In this document: in pieces, positions 38,931 through 53,483 of the stretch
Numbering within the stretch: position 1 is the stretch's first letter
Layout: every line of letters begins with the position of its first letter
Assembly: GCF_036321535.1 (NCBI RefSeq)
Contig: NC_087436.1
Location: forward strand, 63,552,001-63,616,000
Reading direction: 5' to 3'
Origin: Camelus dromedarius
Taxonomy: Eukaryota
DNA length: 64,000 nucleotides
Position numbers and translations under genes: made by a program
The notes under the pieces: generated by a model
Seen by the model: only the letters and a program-made list of their open reading frames with translations
The model's database searches: none
What the model was told of the DNA's origin: nothing

Positions 38931-41258
38931 CCCTTGCAATGATTTATCAAATATAAGCAGTCATATATTAAATATCTACTAGAATAGCATTTCTTCATTT
39001 TTAGTATAGAATTTGATCATAAAAATTTATATAATGTATAAATATTTTTAGACCATATCTTTTTTACCTAATTAAAAGCATTTAAAAAAAATCATGTAGG
39101 TGTTCAAACGTCTGACCTCTCTAAACAGATATAAATTTAAGAGAACGAAATTACTGTATAACCCTTATCTGCACCCTCACATTTCTATTTCTAATAAATA
39201 TTTCACAAAAACATCATATTTCTAATAAATAATTCACAAATATATTTTTCTATACCAGCCATATTAACTAGTTAAATGAACTATATTATTTTAATATGCT
39301 AATAATACAACTTTATTGTGTTTTCAAGAAAAATGATTTTTAACTGGTAGTAGTGAGAATAGAGATATCTTACATCTCTGTTAAAATTTAATAATACTTT
39401 CTAGGAAAATGCAACTATGCACATGCATACAAAATTTGCGCACATTTTCTGGTATTCATATATACTAATCTCTAAGGATGTTTGTGAAAAATGTTATCAA
39501 GCACTGCACTGTAGACTTCAGTGAGGGAAGAGAGGAAATACCATAATAGCTCTATGAATTTCCCAGATGCTATGAATAATAAACACTTTGAAATTGAGTA
39601 ATAGAAGGCAATAGTCTTTGCCATTCTCAGGTGATTTAAAGGCATACTGCAGGTCTTCTAGTGGTACAAAATAGGAATTCTTTCCTGAGTTACCTAGAAT
39701 ATATAGACTCCCTGGAAGCATATATTTGGCTCTTTAGTTGTTTACTAAATAATATCAATTTGAAAAGATTTGATCCAAGTTGATGCAAAATAGCTTTAGT
39801 GAACTTTCCTTCATTAAAGGTGAATAAATTAGTCAATCTCATTGTAACCCGACTTTTGAAAAGTGAAGACTTGTGAAAATTGACTATAGCAAAGATCAAA
39901 ACGTGAACTGTGAATAGGAACACAAAAAAGGCATGAAGACATTTGCACAATCAACAAAACGTTTATCAGACAACATTGACAATACAAAGCTCTGACCTTG
40001 TAACTAACATTTCAACCTTGGGAAATTAAGTTATAATCTATTAAAGCTTTATGAATTATGTGAATGGTGATCTTGATATCAAATCTCATATGAGCCTGGC
40101 TTGACAAAACAACAATTCAAGATGTCGAGTTTGAAAACAATGGCTTCCAGTATAGGAAATATCTTAAAATGCATGAGAAATGTTCTATGAGAGTGCTGAG
40201 TTAGGAACCATTTCCAAGAAATAAAGGACTGATTAAGTGTGAGTACCACATGACTCTAATTAATTTCCCTCTTGCCTTCAAATGTAATAATCTTTTCAGC
40301 TTTGTGCTGAAGTGAATAAAGATGATTTTACCCAAGGAGAAACTCACATAAGGAAAGGAATAAGGAAAATGTACAACCTTCTTAGCTCTGTTTCTGTGCT
40401 TGATGTTTCCCCATAAGTTTATTCTGTGCTATATTTTTGAAAAATGAAACAAGATTGCTTTTATATAATGCCATACCATTTTCTTTTGAAGAGTAAAATG
40501 TGGACACATCTTCTTGGGTAGACTGTCTGGGTAAAATCCACTTCCATTCATGAATTTTTGTCTATATTGGGGCAATTATGGAAAAGATTCTGTTTGTCTG
40601 AGCTTATTGTACATCATAGGTACATATGAAAACAAGAAAGAATGTGTAAAAATGTTTTGTAAACTTTAAAGTACTGTACAAATATATTAGAAACTAACTG
40701 GGGACAACTTCTCTCACACTCCCACATATTAATTACCATCTGTTTTAAAAAATATTTTCATGCCCCTTTCCTGCCTTGAATTGAGAATCAAATTTTGGCA
40801 ATTTGTAATGTTTTCAGTGAGGATTTTTATAAGTAGTGTTTGAAGATTTTAATAACATATAATACCATTCTAGCATGTTATCCCATTACTGATAGACAAA
40901 ATTATGGCTTGAATCATTCAATTCTTAAGTCACTGTTCAGAATATTCTGAAATTCTACTTTTATTGATAGATTAATAGGGCAAAGTTGAGGAGAGTAGTA
41001 TATTTTAACAACTCCACTCTGAGAATGTTAATTAGAATAGATAATAGAAACTGCCATTATTTGATAAGTTTCTAATGATTTCATATGTGTGATAATAGAC
41101 TTACTAAATTATATTATCTTTTATCTAATTATATTTTATGTCAATAAGTTTTTATGTCATAACTATGTCAATAAAGTTAATTTGTTTTATAGAAAAAAGA
41201 GAACAAATTCATGAAGCCCCAACAGTACATCCTCACATGTTCCATTCTTAGCATTATT

Positions 41259-43174
41259 GTTTTTTTTGAAGTATAGTCAGCTATAGTGTGTCAATTTCTG
41301 GTGTACAGCACAATGTCCCAGTCATTCATATACATACATATACTCAATTTAATATTCTTTTTCATTAAAGATTATTATAAGGTATTGAACATAGTTCCAT
41401 ATGTTATACAGAAGAAATTTGCTTTTTAAATCTGTTTTTATATATAGTGGCTAAAATTTGCAAATCTCAAACTCCCAAATTTAGCCCTTCTACCCTCTTC
41501 CCCTTAGTAACCATAACATTGTTTACGATGTCTACAAGTCTGTTTCTGTTTTGTAGATGAATTCGTTTGTGTCCTTTTTTCTTTTTTTAGATTCCATATA
41601 TGAGTGATATCATATGGTATTTTTCTCTCTCTGGCTTACTTAGAATGACGATCTCTAGGTCCATCCATGTTGCTGCAAATGGCATTATTTTACTATTTTT
41701 TATGGCTGAGTAGTATTCCATTGTATAAATACCCCACAGCTTCTTTATCCAGTCATCTGTCATGTCTTGGCTGTTGTAAATAGCACTGCTATGAACACTG
41801 GGGCACATGTATCTTTTCAAATTTGAGTTCCCTCAGGTTATATGCCCAGGAGTGGGATTGCTGGATCATATGCTAAGTCTATTTTTAGTTTTTTGAGGAT
41901 CTCCATACTGTTTTCCATTATGGCTGCACCAGACTACATTCCCATCAGCAGTGTAGGAGAGTTCCCTTTTTTCTACACCCTCTCCAACATTGATTCTTTG
42001 TGGACTTTTGAATGATGGTCATTCTGACTGGTGTGAGGTGATACGTCATTGTAGTTTTGATTTGCATTTCTCTGATAATTAGCAATATTGAGCATTTTTT
42101 CATGTGCCTATTGGCTATTCATATGTCTTCATTGAAGAATTGCTTGTTTAGGTCTTCTGCCCATTTTGGATTGTGTTGTTTGGGTTTTTTTGTTATTAAG
42201 CTGTATGATCTGTTTATATATTCAGGAAATTAAACCTTTGTCAGTTGCATCATTTGCAAATATATTCTCCCATTCCAGAGGTGGTTGTTTTGTTTTGCTT
42301 ATGGTTTCCTTTGCTATGCAAAAGCTTGTTAAGTTTAATTAGGTCCCATTTATTTATTTTTACTTTTATTTCTACTGCCTGGGTAGAATACCCTAGGACA
42401 TTGCTAAGTTTTATGTCAGAGAATGTTTTGCCCATGTTTTATTCTAGGAGGTTTATCAGGTCTTGTCGTATATTTAAGTCTTTAACCCATTTTGAGTTTA
42501 TTTTTGTGTGAGGGAGTGTTCTAACTTCATTGATCTACATGCTGCTGTCCAGTTTTCTCAACACCACTTGCTGAAGAGACTGTCTTTTCTCCATTGTATA
42601 TCGATGCCTCCTTTGTTGAAGATTGATCAAGTAGGCCTGTGGATTTATTTCTGGGCTCTCTATTCTGTTCCATTGAGCCGTATGTCTGTTTTTATGACAA
42701 TACCATGCTGTCTTGATTACTATAGCTCTGTAGTATTGTCTGAAATCTGGGGGGGTTATTCCTCCAGCTTTATTCTTTTCAATATTGCTTTGGTAATTCT
42801 GAGTCTTTTGTGATTCCATATAAATTTTAGGATTATTTATTCTAGTCTATGAAAAATGTTCAGGGTAATTTGAGAGGGATCACATTAAATCTGTAGATTG
42901 CCTTGGGCAGTATGGCCATTTTAACAATATTGATTCTTCGAGTCCAAGAGCATGGGATATCTTTCCATTTCTTTAAGTCTTCTTTAATTTCCTTAATCAA
43001 TGTTTTGTAGTTCTCCATGTATAAGTCTCTTACCTCCTTGGTCAGATTTATTCCTAAGTATTTTATTATTTTGGATGCAATTTAAAAGGGATTGTTTCTT
43101 TACTTTCTTTTCCTGCTATTTCATTGTTAGTGTAAAGAAATGCAACTGATTTCTGTATGTTAATCTTGTATCCT
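41259..43174 (-). mobile_element. Young 5'-truncated L1 with 16-bp TSD
   Basis: TSD cattcttagcattatt (41243-41258) / catccttagcattatt (43175-43190). ORF2 fragments [26 protein letters not shown] and WIKKLWGIYTMEYYSAIK. PolyA tail on the minus strand. Confidence 0.97.
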
Positions 43175-43419
43175 CATCCTTAGCATTATTAATAATAGAA
43201 CTTGGTATTTTTATATAGTCATTACATTCATGTTCATTTTAAGATGTTTTTAAGAAGAAAGAAACAGAGAAATCCACCACTGTATTTTGTCTCTGGGCTT
43301 GGGCCTTTGCAGAACTGCTTAAGTGATGTATAAAAGCAGTCCTTCCAGTAGATAGTAAGGAGGAAAGTTTGCTTATAGATGTTAGTATAGCCTAGACTTC
43401 CTAGGAAAGCATTGAGCAC

Positions 43420-43895
43420 TTTATTAGTCAGGATTCTCTAAGGAAACAAAAGCAATAGGATATAGATATATAGGTAGATAAAATATATAGATTTATCTTA
43501 GGGGAATGCCTCTTGATTGTGGAAACTGGTAGATTCAAAATCTGTAGGTCAGTTTGGCAGGTTAGAAATTCCAATAAGAGTTGGTGTTTGTCTTGAATCA
43601 AAACCCACATAGCAGACTGGGAGGCTAGAACTTCAGCCAGTTACAGTCTTGAGAAAGAATTCCTTCTTCTTCAGGAAGATTCATTTTTTTTTTTTTCTCT
43701 TAAGGCCTTTAACTGATTGAATAATGCCCACTCACCATTAACAAGGGTAATCCTCTCTACTTAAAAAAAAGTGCTCGTAAGTTTTAATCACACTTACAAA
43801 AAACATTCACAGAAACATCTAGACTAATGTTTGATCAAACAATAGGGCACCATAGCCTCACCTAGCTAAATTGACACATAAAATTAACCATCACA
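43420..43895 (-). mobile_element. MLT2-type ERV-L solo LTR
   Basis: tattagtcaggattctcta…gaaacaaaagcaataggat…ctaaattgacacataaaattaaccatcaca. Flanks agcac/agcct form an imperfect 5-bp TSD. Confidence 0.9.
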
Positions 43896-44099
43896 AGCCT
43901 TAAAACTACACAATTATTTGACTTTTACTTTGTAGCCTTAATTAAGAGATAGTTAAAAGATAGTTTAAAAATATTATTTAGGGACCAACAAGGCAGGAAC
44001 ATAATATGACATTTCTTATTGAAAAATGTAACTGGTGTTGATCAGAACCTCACTGAACTACTTTTGGCATGTATTAAGACATCCTTGATGATTGGTTTT

Positions 44100-44870
44100 T
44101 CTTTTTCCTCCTTTTATTAGGAAGAATTATTACAGTTCGACTGCACATACACATTATATTCCATGTAAATATATATACTGTATACTGCACTTTTTAGTTT
44201 ACATATATGTACTAATTATTGTTTCTAAGAACAGATTAGATCTTTAGCTTTTTAAACTTACATAGTTATCAAAGGAATAAAGCCAACTACAAAATAAGAA
44301 TCAACAGAATGCAGTAATCCAATCATAAAGGACAGTCAAATATGCTTACACATATTCAAGAAATCAAAATAATAATTAGTTCATTTGTGTCCTTACTACT
44401 ATTGTTATTATTTTTAGATTACTCATATAAGTGATATCATATGGCATTTTTCTTTCTCTTTCCAGCCCAGTTCACTTAGAATGACAATCTTCAGGTCCAT
44501 GCATATTGCTGCAAATGGCATTATTTTATTCTTTTTTATGGCTGAGTAGTGTTCCATTGTATACATGTACCACATCTTTATCCAGTCATCTGTTGATGGA
44601 CATCTGGGTTGTTTCCATGTCTTGGCTATTGTAAATAGTGCTGCTGTGAACACTGGGGTGCATGTGTCTTTTTGAATTTTATTCTTCTCCAGATATATGC
44701 CCAGGAGTGGGATTGCTGGATCACATGGTAAGTCTCTTCAGTCTTTTAAGGAACCTCCATACTGTCCTCCATAGTGTCTGCACCGATCTACATTCCCATC
44801 AACAGTGTAGGAGGGTTCTCTTTTCTCCACACCCTCTCCAGCATCCATCATTTGTAGACTTTTCAGTGAT
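44100..44870 (-). mobile_element. 5'-truncated L1 fused to about 280 nt of non-L1 3' sequence, bounded by an 18-bp TSD
   Basis: L1 part ~44378-44870 ([23 protein letters not shown]…). Foreign part 44100-44377 has AATAAA (plus-strand tttatt 44113-44118) and an A-rich tail. TSD tccttgatgattggtttt (44082-44099) / tccttggtgattagtttt (44871-44888). Confidence 0.88.
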
Positions 44871-45067
44871 TCCTTGGTGATTAGTTTTAAAATGATGTGA
44901 AGTCAATGAATTTAGATAAGACATGAATAGTTATCCTCTGCTAATGGGGATTTTTCTCTCCCTTCTTATTCAGCTTTCCATGACAGCTTAAGAATTGTGC
45001 AATTCATAACATTATGCAAAGAAAAGCAATTATACATATCTGTAGTGATATTTTACCATTTTATGTT

Positions 45068-48000
45068 TTTCCTTTAGTTTTACTGAGATATAATTGACAT
45101 ATGGTATTTTATAAGTTTAAGGTATACAGCATAATGATTTCCAACATGAAATGATTACCATGGTAAGTTTAGTGAACAGCTATCATCTCATATAGACACA
45201 AAATCAAATAAAAAGAAAAAAAATACTTTCTTGTAATAACTCGTTTTTTTTCTTAGTAATTTTCACATATAGCATACAGCAATGTTATTATCTTGTTGTA
45301 TATTACATCTCTAGTACTTATTTATCTTATAACTAGAAGTTTGTGCCTTTTGACAACCCTGATCCAATTCATACTTCTCCTGCCCCCTGTTTCTGGTAAA
45401 CACAAATCTGATCTCTTTTTCTGTGAGTAAGTGAGTTCATTTTTGAATTATAATTGACCTACAGAACTGTGTTAGTTCCTGGTGCACAACAGTGTGTTAA
45501 GTATTCTACACATTCCAAAATCATCACCAGAGTAAATCCAGTTACCATCTGTCACCATACACATACATAATATTATTATGGGCTATACTCCTCACACTAT
45601 GTATTTCATACCCATGACCCATTTATTTTGTAACTAGAAGCTTGTACATCTTAATCCAACTCATCTATTTCTCTCATTCCTCTACTCACCTCCTCTCTGG
45701 AAACCATCTGTTTGTTCTATTATCTATGACTGTTTTATTTGTTTATTTGCATTGTTTTTTTAGATTCCACACATAGATAGATTCAGGCAGTATTTGTTTT
45801 TCTGTTTGTCTCATTTCACTTAGCAAAATTCCTCTATGTTCACCCATGTTGTCACAAATGGCAAGATTTCATTCTTTTTATGTCTGAGTAATATTCCATT
45901 TTTTTGAATATACCATATTTTCTTTATCCACTCATTTACCTGTGGATATTTAGGTTGCTTTCATATCTTAGCTATTGTAAATAGTGCTACAAAGAACAAA
46001 CAAGTGCATGTATTATTTTGAATTCCCATTTTCATTTTCTTTAGAAAAATATCCAGAAGTAGAATTTCTAAATCTTATGATAGTTTGATTTTTAATGTTT
46101 TTAGGAGCATCCATACTGTTTTTCATTCTGGCTGCACTAAATTATATTCCCACCAATGTTGTACAAGTGTTCTTTCTCCATATCCTTACCAACACTTCTT
46201 TTTTTGATCTTTTTTATAATAGCCATTCTGACAGATGTTAGTTGATAACTCACTGTGGGTTTGATTTGTATTTGTGATTAATAGTGCTGTTGGGCATCTT
46301 TTCATGTGCCATTTGCCTATCTCTATATCTTTGGAAAAATGCGTATTCAGGTCCTATGCTGAATTATTAATCAGATTGTTTGATCTTCTGATGTTGAATT
46401 ATATGAATTCTTTATATGTTTTTTATATTAACCCCTTATCAGATATTGTTTGCAAATTTCCTCCCATTCAGTAGGCTGCCTTTCCATCTTCTTGATAATT
46501 TTCTTTACTGTGCAATAGCTTTTTAGTTTTATGTAGTTCCATTTGTTTATTTTTGCATTTGTTTTCCTTGTCTGAGGGGACATATTCAAAAATATATTGC
46601 TAAGACTGATGTCAAAGAGTGTAAAGTTTATGTTTTCTTCTGGAATTGATTTCAAAACTTACATTTAAGTCTGATCCATTTTGAGTTTATTTTTGAACAT
46701 GGTGTGAAAAGAAGTCCAGTTTGATTCTTTTGCATGTAGCTAATCAGTTTCCTAACACCATTTATTGAAGAGACTATCTTTTTCCCATTATATATTCTTG
46801 CTTTGTTTGTTGTAGATTGACTATATAACTGTGGGTTCAATTCTCTATTCTGTTCCATAGAGCTATATTCTGATTTTGTGCCATTACCATACTATTTTCA
46901 TTACCATAGCTTTGTTATATAGTTTGAAATGAGGGTGCATGATTTCTCCAGCTTTGTTCGTTTTTCTCAAGATTGTTTTGGATATTTGGGATCTTTTAGG
47001 TTTCCATAAAAATTTTAGAATTGTTTGTTCTGTGGAAAATGCCATTGGTATTTTGACAGGGATTGCATTGAATCTGTAGATTTCCTTGGATAGTGTTGTC
47101 ATTTAAACAATATTAATTCTTCCAATCCATGATCACAGTATATATTTTCATTTGTTAGTGTTGTCTTCTATTTCTTTCATTAATGACATACTTTTCTGAG
47201 TACAGTTTTTTACCTCCTTAGATTTGTTCCTAGATATTATTTTCTTTTTGATGTGATTGTAAGTGGAATTATTTTCTTAATTTCTCTTTCTGCTAGTTTG
47301 TTGTTAATAGATAGAAGTGCAATTTCTGTATATTCGTTTTGCAACCTGCAACTTTATTGTATTTCTTGATGAGTTCTAACAGTTTTGGGAGGTACCTTTA
47401 GGATTTTCTATATAGCATCATGCCATCTGCAAACAGTAATAGTTTTAATTTTCTAATTTGGACCTTTTATTTCTTTTTCTTCTCTGATTGCAGTAGCTTG
47501 GACTTCCAATACTATGTTGAATAAAAGTGGTGAGAATGTGCATAATTGTCATTTTCCTGATCTTAGAGGAAATGCTTTCAGCTTTTCACTGATAAGTATG
47601 ATGTTAGCTGTGGGCTTGTCATAAATGACCGTTATCATTTTGACACATGTTCCCTTTATACCCACTTTCTGGAAAGTTGGTTTTTTTTTTTTTTTAACAT
47701 AAATGGATGTTGAATTTTGTCAAAAGATTTTTCTGTATCTATTGAGATGATAATATGATATTTATTCTTAAATCTGTTAATTTGGTGTATCACATTGATT
47801 GATTTTCAGATACTGAGCTATCCTTACACTCCTGGGATAAATCCCACTTGAATATGGTGTATGACCCTTTAATGTATTGTTGAATTTGGTTTGCTAATAT
47901 TTTGTTGAGGGTTTTTGCATCAAGTTGATCAATGATCTTGGCCTAATCTTTTTTGTGATATTTTTGTGATATATTTGTCTATTTCGTGATAATTTTGTGA

Positions 48001-48590
48001 TATATTTGTCTGGTTTTGCTATCAGGGTGATGCTGGCCTCATGGAATAAACTCAGAAGCATTTCTTCCTCTAATTTTCTTGGAATAGTTTAAGAAAAATG
48101 TTTGGTAGAGTTCACCTGTGAAGCCATCTGGTCCAAGACTTTTGTTCATTGACAGTTTATTTTATTACTGATTCAATTTCATTTCATTACTGTTAATTGG
48201 TCTGATCATGCTTTCCACGTCTTCTATTTTGTTTGTTCGTTTTTCCCTCTAGTTCTTTTAAGTGTAAAGTTAGATTGTTTATTTGATATTTTTCTTGTTT
48301 GCTGATGTAGGCTTGTATCTCTATAAATTCCCTCATATAACTTTCTTTTCTGCATCCCACAGATTTGTGGATGGCTGTGTTCTTTTTTATTTTATCTCCA
48401 GGTATTTTTTGATTTCCTCTTTGATTTCTTCAGTAACTCATTGGTTGTTTAATAGCATATTGTTTCAACTCCAAGTATGTTGGGTTTTTTACAATTTGTC
48501 TGTGGTAGTTGGTTTCTATTATCCTAGCATTGTGGTTGGAAAAGATGCTTGATATGATTTTAGTCTTCCTACGTTTATTGAGACTATGTG
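45068..48590 (-). mobile_element. Middle-aged L1 (L1MA9-derived type), 5'-truncated, internally deleted, with 15-bp TSD
   Basis: TSD ttaccattttatgtt (45053-45067) / ttaccattttatatt (48591-48605). ORF2 fragments [18 protein letters not shown] and AKINKWNYIKLKSYCT. Confidence 0.95.
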
Positions 48591-48610
48591 TTACCATTTT
48601 ATATTCAGTC

Positions 48611-48940
48611 TGTATTAGTCAGCTTGGGCCACTATAACAAATTACCACGGACTGAGTGGCTTAAACATTTATTCTTCACAGTTCTGGAGCCTGAAAAGTT
48701 CAAACTCAGGGTTCCAACTGATTCAGTGTCTGGTTAGGACCCTCTCCCTGGTTTGGAGACAGATGCCTCTTGCCATATTCCCATATGACTGTGAGAAAGA
48801 GTGTGCCCACTCTCTGGTCTCTTCTTATAAGTACACTAATCATATCATAGGGGTTACACCCTCATGACTTCATCTAAACCTAATTATTTCTCCAAGGCCC
48901 TGCTTCCAGATATCATCACATTGGGGATTAGGGCTTCAGT
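48611..48940 (-). mobile_element. MLT1A-like MaLR LTR
   Basis: tgtattagtcagcttgggccactataacaaattaccacggactgagtggcttaaac…tcttcttataagtacactaatc…catcacattggggattagggcttca. Confidence 0.9.
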
Positions 48941-50604
48941 GCAGACCAAATAAATCTTGCTTCCATTTGGCGAAAGTCTTTTACCAGCTTGATGATTTGA
49001 TGATTCATGTATTTTCCTTCCAATCTTATTTTGTTATAAAATTGGTAGATGTGCATTACAATCTTTCCTGGAAGGTGGTGTGTTGGAGAATTTTGCTTCT
49101 ATCCATTAGATTCTTACAATGGACCTTTCTTTTTAGGAGCAATACAGTTGGTGAAAATCCAACCAGAAAACTGACCAATAAGAGCAGTTACTGCTTCTCA
49201 TGTGGCATGTAATAGCCTATCACTTTATTTGCTCAAATTTTACTTATAAGAGAGATGAGTAAGAATATAATATATCAACTGTCTTTCATCTTCCAGTGGG
49301 GATGATTGAGAGAGGTCTTAAAATATAAAGATACATTCAATATTCAGCTCTGTTAAAGTCAGAGTGAAGATTCAGAAATCTTTGAGATTTAGATTTGTTG
49401 CTATTTACAGCATGCCAAAATTTGATAAATTGAACTAACAGCTTAAAGCTATTTATAACATTTTAATTTCCACTAGTTTTTGTAGTGTCTGCTTATTTAC
49501 TAGCATTTACAAAGATCATTTGCATAGTTAGCTTTTTGCTTTTTCCAAACTGCTGAAGATTTTAAGCATGGCAATGTAGCAACAAATCTCTGATACCCCA
49601 TTAGACTTATCCTTCTAATTAGATTCACTGTGACTGCTTACAGACTTTCAGGAGCTTTTCAAAATTAAATGACTTTTCACATACCAGACAATACAGCCTT
49701 GTGTCTGGATGACTTTTCAGAAATTGTAAGTGCATAAAGCAATCCTTTGAAAAATCTTAGAAAATAAGGTCAGCGATTCCCACTGATTTGCATAAGGCAT
49801 ATTTTTCTAATTATTACTCTTTTATCTACTTTTTGTCAACTGACAATTTTTCAAGGTCTTTATTTTTCACTTGTCTACAGTTTAATAAGAAAATTGACAA
49901 ATAAAATGACAGTATGCATTTTAACATCATCATTAATGTTCTTACTTTCTGGTGTACTTCTCTTTTAGAATATTTCCCCTGAGTATGAGACCTTTGTAAA
50001 TGCTTTTTTAATAATCTTAAAAGCTATTTATGAACAATATAATCATTCTGTATTTGGCTTTCTATTTCAGTGTGCTTTCTTAAATTCTAAGTAACTCTTT
50101 GTATTGTTTCTTTTCATCTCTTTGCTCCATTTTCAGAATATCTATTTCCTTCTACAAGAGCTTTTCAATAAGTAACTTTTAAAAAAAAAAGTGAAATTAT
50201 AGTCTAGTCTTAATATAGTATCTTTTTACAATATATTATCTTTCTAATTTCCTAGATTTCAATATTTTTTTTGTTACACATTATAAATGCCTAATTTTCT
50301 TAACTTTCTCTAATTGAACTCAAATATTATTTCCTCTGGTACTTAAAAGTAATGTTCTACTATGTTAAAACAAAGTAATTTCTAGTACAAAGTTTATTTT
50401 AAAATTTGCATTCAGGCTTCAATAATCATAAATTTAATAACCTATTTACTATAGTAGATTTAGCTGTATTTGTTATCCAAAATACTTAATAATATGAAGT
50501 ATTATGAACAGTTGAATAGCAGCCAGTAAAAAAAAATGTCTTCAGAACTATGTTTCTGATGCCCTTGCCACAATTAAATAAGAGATAAGAAACATATGTG
50601 TTTA

Positions 50605-50810
50605 TTCACATATCATTCATTCATTAAGCAACCATTTAGCCATGATGTGCCAGACCAGAGTCTGTATTTTGGAGATAAGCGTGACATAGGAAAAACTTCC
50701 TGCTCTCACCATGAAGTGGAGAAAGACAAAATAATAAAATATCATGTATGTGCTTTAATGAAAGGAAAGCAGGGCGATATGAAAGGAGGTGACTGGGGGA
50801 CTTCTGAGAT
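50605..50810 (-). mobile_element. L2 3' end fragment
   Basis: tcattcattcattaagcaaccatttagccatgatgtgccagac…ggagata…tcctgctctc. Confidence 0.6.
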
Positions 50811-53483
50811 GAGGTGTTTTGGGGGTGCCTTTTTCCTGAGAAGAAATCAAAAGGGAAATCAAAGCTCAGCCTTACAGGATAGCCTCCCAGACTGTGGAAG
50901 AGCTAGAATTAAGGCCCAACCTAGCAAACAGCTTATCTTGCTTCACCATCAGAAACAAAGCTGTGCATTTGAAAATTAGAGACTGAAGGTAGATAAGGTA
51001 CCACATAGTTGTCCTAGTTCTACTGTCTGAAATAACACATGATTTCTTTCAAACATCATGTCTTCAAATATTTAGATATAAGGGATAGACCCTCAATTAT
51101 TGATTCTATTTAGGTACCAGAAAAATGGAGTGGTAATGGGTGAAAGACTGTTGTTTAGCTGAATAACCTTGAGGGCAATTTGCTTTCCCTTGCTGAGAGT
51201 TTCTGTGCTCTGTCTCTCAAGATGGGTATGTGAATGGCTGAAAGGATCAGTAGAGTTGAAAAATTCTCAAGTTTGGAAAAAAAGAACATTTACATAGGAT
51301 GTACCATAGGCCAAGTCAACCTAAAATCATGGCAGAATTTTGTACAACAGCAGCAGATGCTGAAGAGAGACCAGTGTCCCTGACCAAGTGAAAACAGTCT
51401 GTAACTGAGAAGTGGCTAGCAGAATGGGTGGAGAAAAACCACTTCCAATATTACTAAGTGCTGCTTTAATATGTGAACTTGTATTTGGCAACTAAGATTC
51501 CCTTGGGAGAAAGAATAGGGAAGAAAAAGATCCTTGAACTGTAAAGTGCTAAGTATTACAAGTCTTGGGAAATTTAAGACAAATTGTTCCAAGGATGTTT
51601 TCTGACCATAATGGCATGTAACTCTGAATCAACAAAAAAGGAAAACTGGAAAATTTACAGACATATGGAAACAAAACAACTTACCTCTGAACAACCAGTG
51701 GGTTGAAGAAGAATCAAAGGGGAAGTCAAAAAAATATATTGAAACAAGTGAAAATTAAAATATAAACAAAAACATATGGAATGTTGAAAAGCAATTCTGA
51801 GAGGGAAGTTTATAGTAATAAATGCAAATGTTAAGGAAATACATCTCAAATAAACCACCTAACTTTACATCTTAAGGAACTAGAAAAAGAAAAACAAACT
51901 AAGCTCTAGTTAGCAGAAGGAATAAAACAGCAAACAAACTGAATAGAGATCAGGAAAACAATAGAAAAGATCAAAAAAAACTCAGAGCTGTTGACATTGA
52001 CAAACCTTTAGCTAGGCTAACTTAGAAAATAAGAGAAGACTCAAAGTAAGAAGTAAAAAAGGAAGTATTGTAACTGATACCACAGAAATATGTAAAATCA
52101 CTCAAAATTACTGTGAACAATTACATGCCAACAAATTGGATAACATAGAAAAAAAGTTTCTAGGAATTTATCCAATCTACCAAGACTGAAACATGAAGAA
52201 GTAGAAAACCCGAACAGACCAATAACTAGTAAGGAGATTAGATCAGTAATAAAAAACCTACCAACACAGAAAATCCCAGGACCAGATAGAATTCAGAATT
52301 CACTGAATTCTATCAGACATTTAAAGAAGAGTTAATTCCAATCCTTATCAAAAGTCTTCCAAAAAATAGAAAAGGAGAGAACATTCCTAAACTAAGTAAT
52401 GCTGGCCTTGTAGAATTAGATACCAAAGCTAGATAAGAACACTATGAGAAAACTATAGACCAATATCCCTGATTAATAGAGATGCAAAATTTTTTAACAA
52501 AATATTAGCACAAGTCCACAACATATAATCATAGTCAAGTGGGAATTACCTCTAAGATGCAATGATGGTTCAACATGTGCAAATCAATAAATGTGATACA
52601 CCACATTAAAAAATGAAAGCTAAAAAAAAATCACATGATCATCTCAATAGATGCAGAAAAAGCATTTGATAAACATCTTTTCATAACAAAAACTGTCCAC
52701 AAATTAGGTATAAAAGGAATATATTTCAATATAATAAAAGTCATATACAATAAACCTACAGTTAACATACTCAGTAGTGAAAGATTTTCCTCAAAGATCA
52801 GGAACAAGACAAGGGTGCCCATTGTTATTCAACATACTATTGGAAGTCCTAGCCAGAGTAACCAGGCAAGATAAAGAAATAAAAGGAGTCAAATCATAAA
52901 GGAAGAAGTAAAACTGTCATTGTTTGCAGATGATATAATGTTATATGTAGAAAATCCTCAAGACTGAACCAAAAAAACTGTTGGCACTAATCAACAAATT
53001 CAGTAAAGTTGCAGGGTATAAAAGCAACATACAAAAATCAGTTGTGTCTCTAGATACAGTTAAATATTTGAAGAAGAAAGCAAGCCATTCCATTTACAGT
53101 AGAATCAAAAACAACACAATACTTATGAATAAATTTAACCAAGGAAGTGAAAGAATTGTACAATTAAAACGACAGGATTTTAATGAAAGAAGTTGAAGAC
53201 TCACAAAGAAAGAAAAACATCCCATTTTCATGGGTCAGAATAATTAATATTGTTCAAATGTCCATACTACCCAAAGCCATTTATATATTCAGTGCAATAC
53301 CTATTAAAATTGCAATAGCATTGGTCACAGAAATATTCTAAAAAACCTCAAAGTTCATATGGAACCAAAAGAGACCTAGAATAGCCAGAGAAAGCCTGAG
53401 AAAGAAGAATGAAGCCAGAGGCATCACACTTCCTGAATTCTAACTATATTATAAATCTACCATAGTTGAAAACAGTATGGTAC

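Noticed and set aside
39518..39721. Minus-strand ORF with tag|…|gtattt exon-like ends
   Set aside because: Weak polypyrimidine tract and donor, and no recognisable peptide.
45068..45770. Apparent double L1 3' tail (two ataattgac… units)
   Set aside because: Both units lie within one TSD and probably reflect the subfamily's own internally duplicated 3'UTR rather than a second insertion.
47950..48012. Short tandem duplication (ttttgtgatat… units, ~31 bp)
   Set aside because: Ordinary slippage duplication within a dead L1.
50596..50979. 127-aa plus-strand ORF
   Set aside because: It overlaps an L2 fragment, has no recognisable domain, and is most likely a chance ORF.
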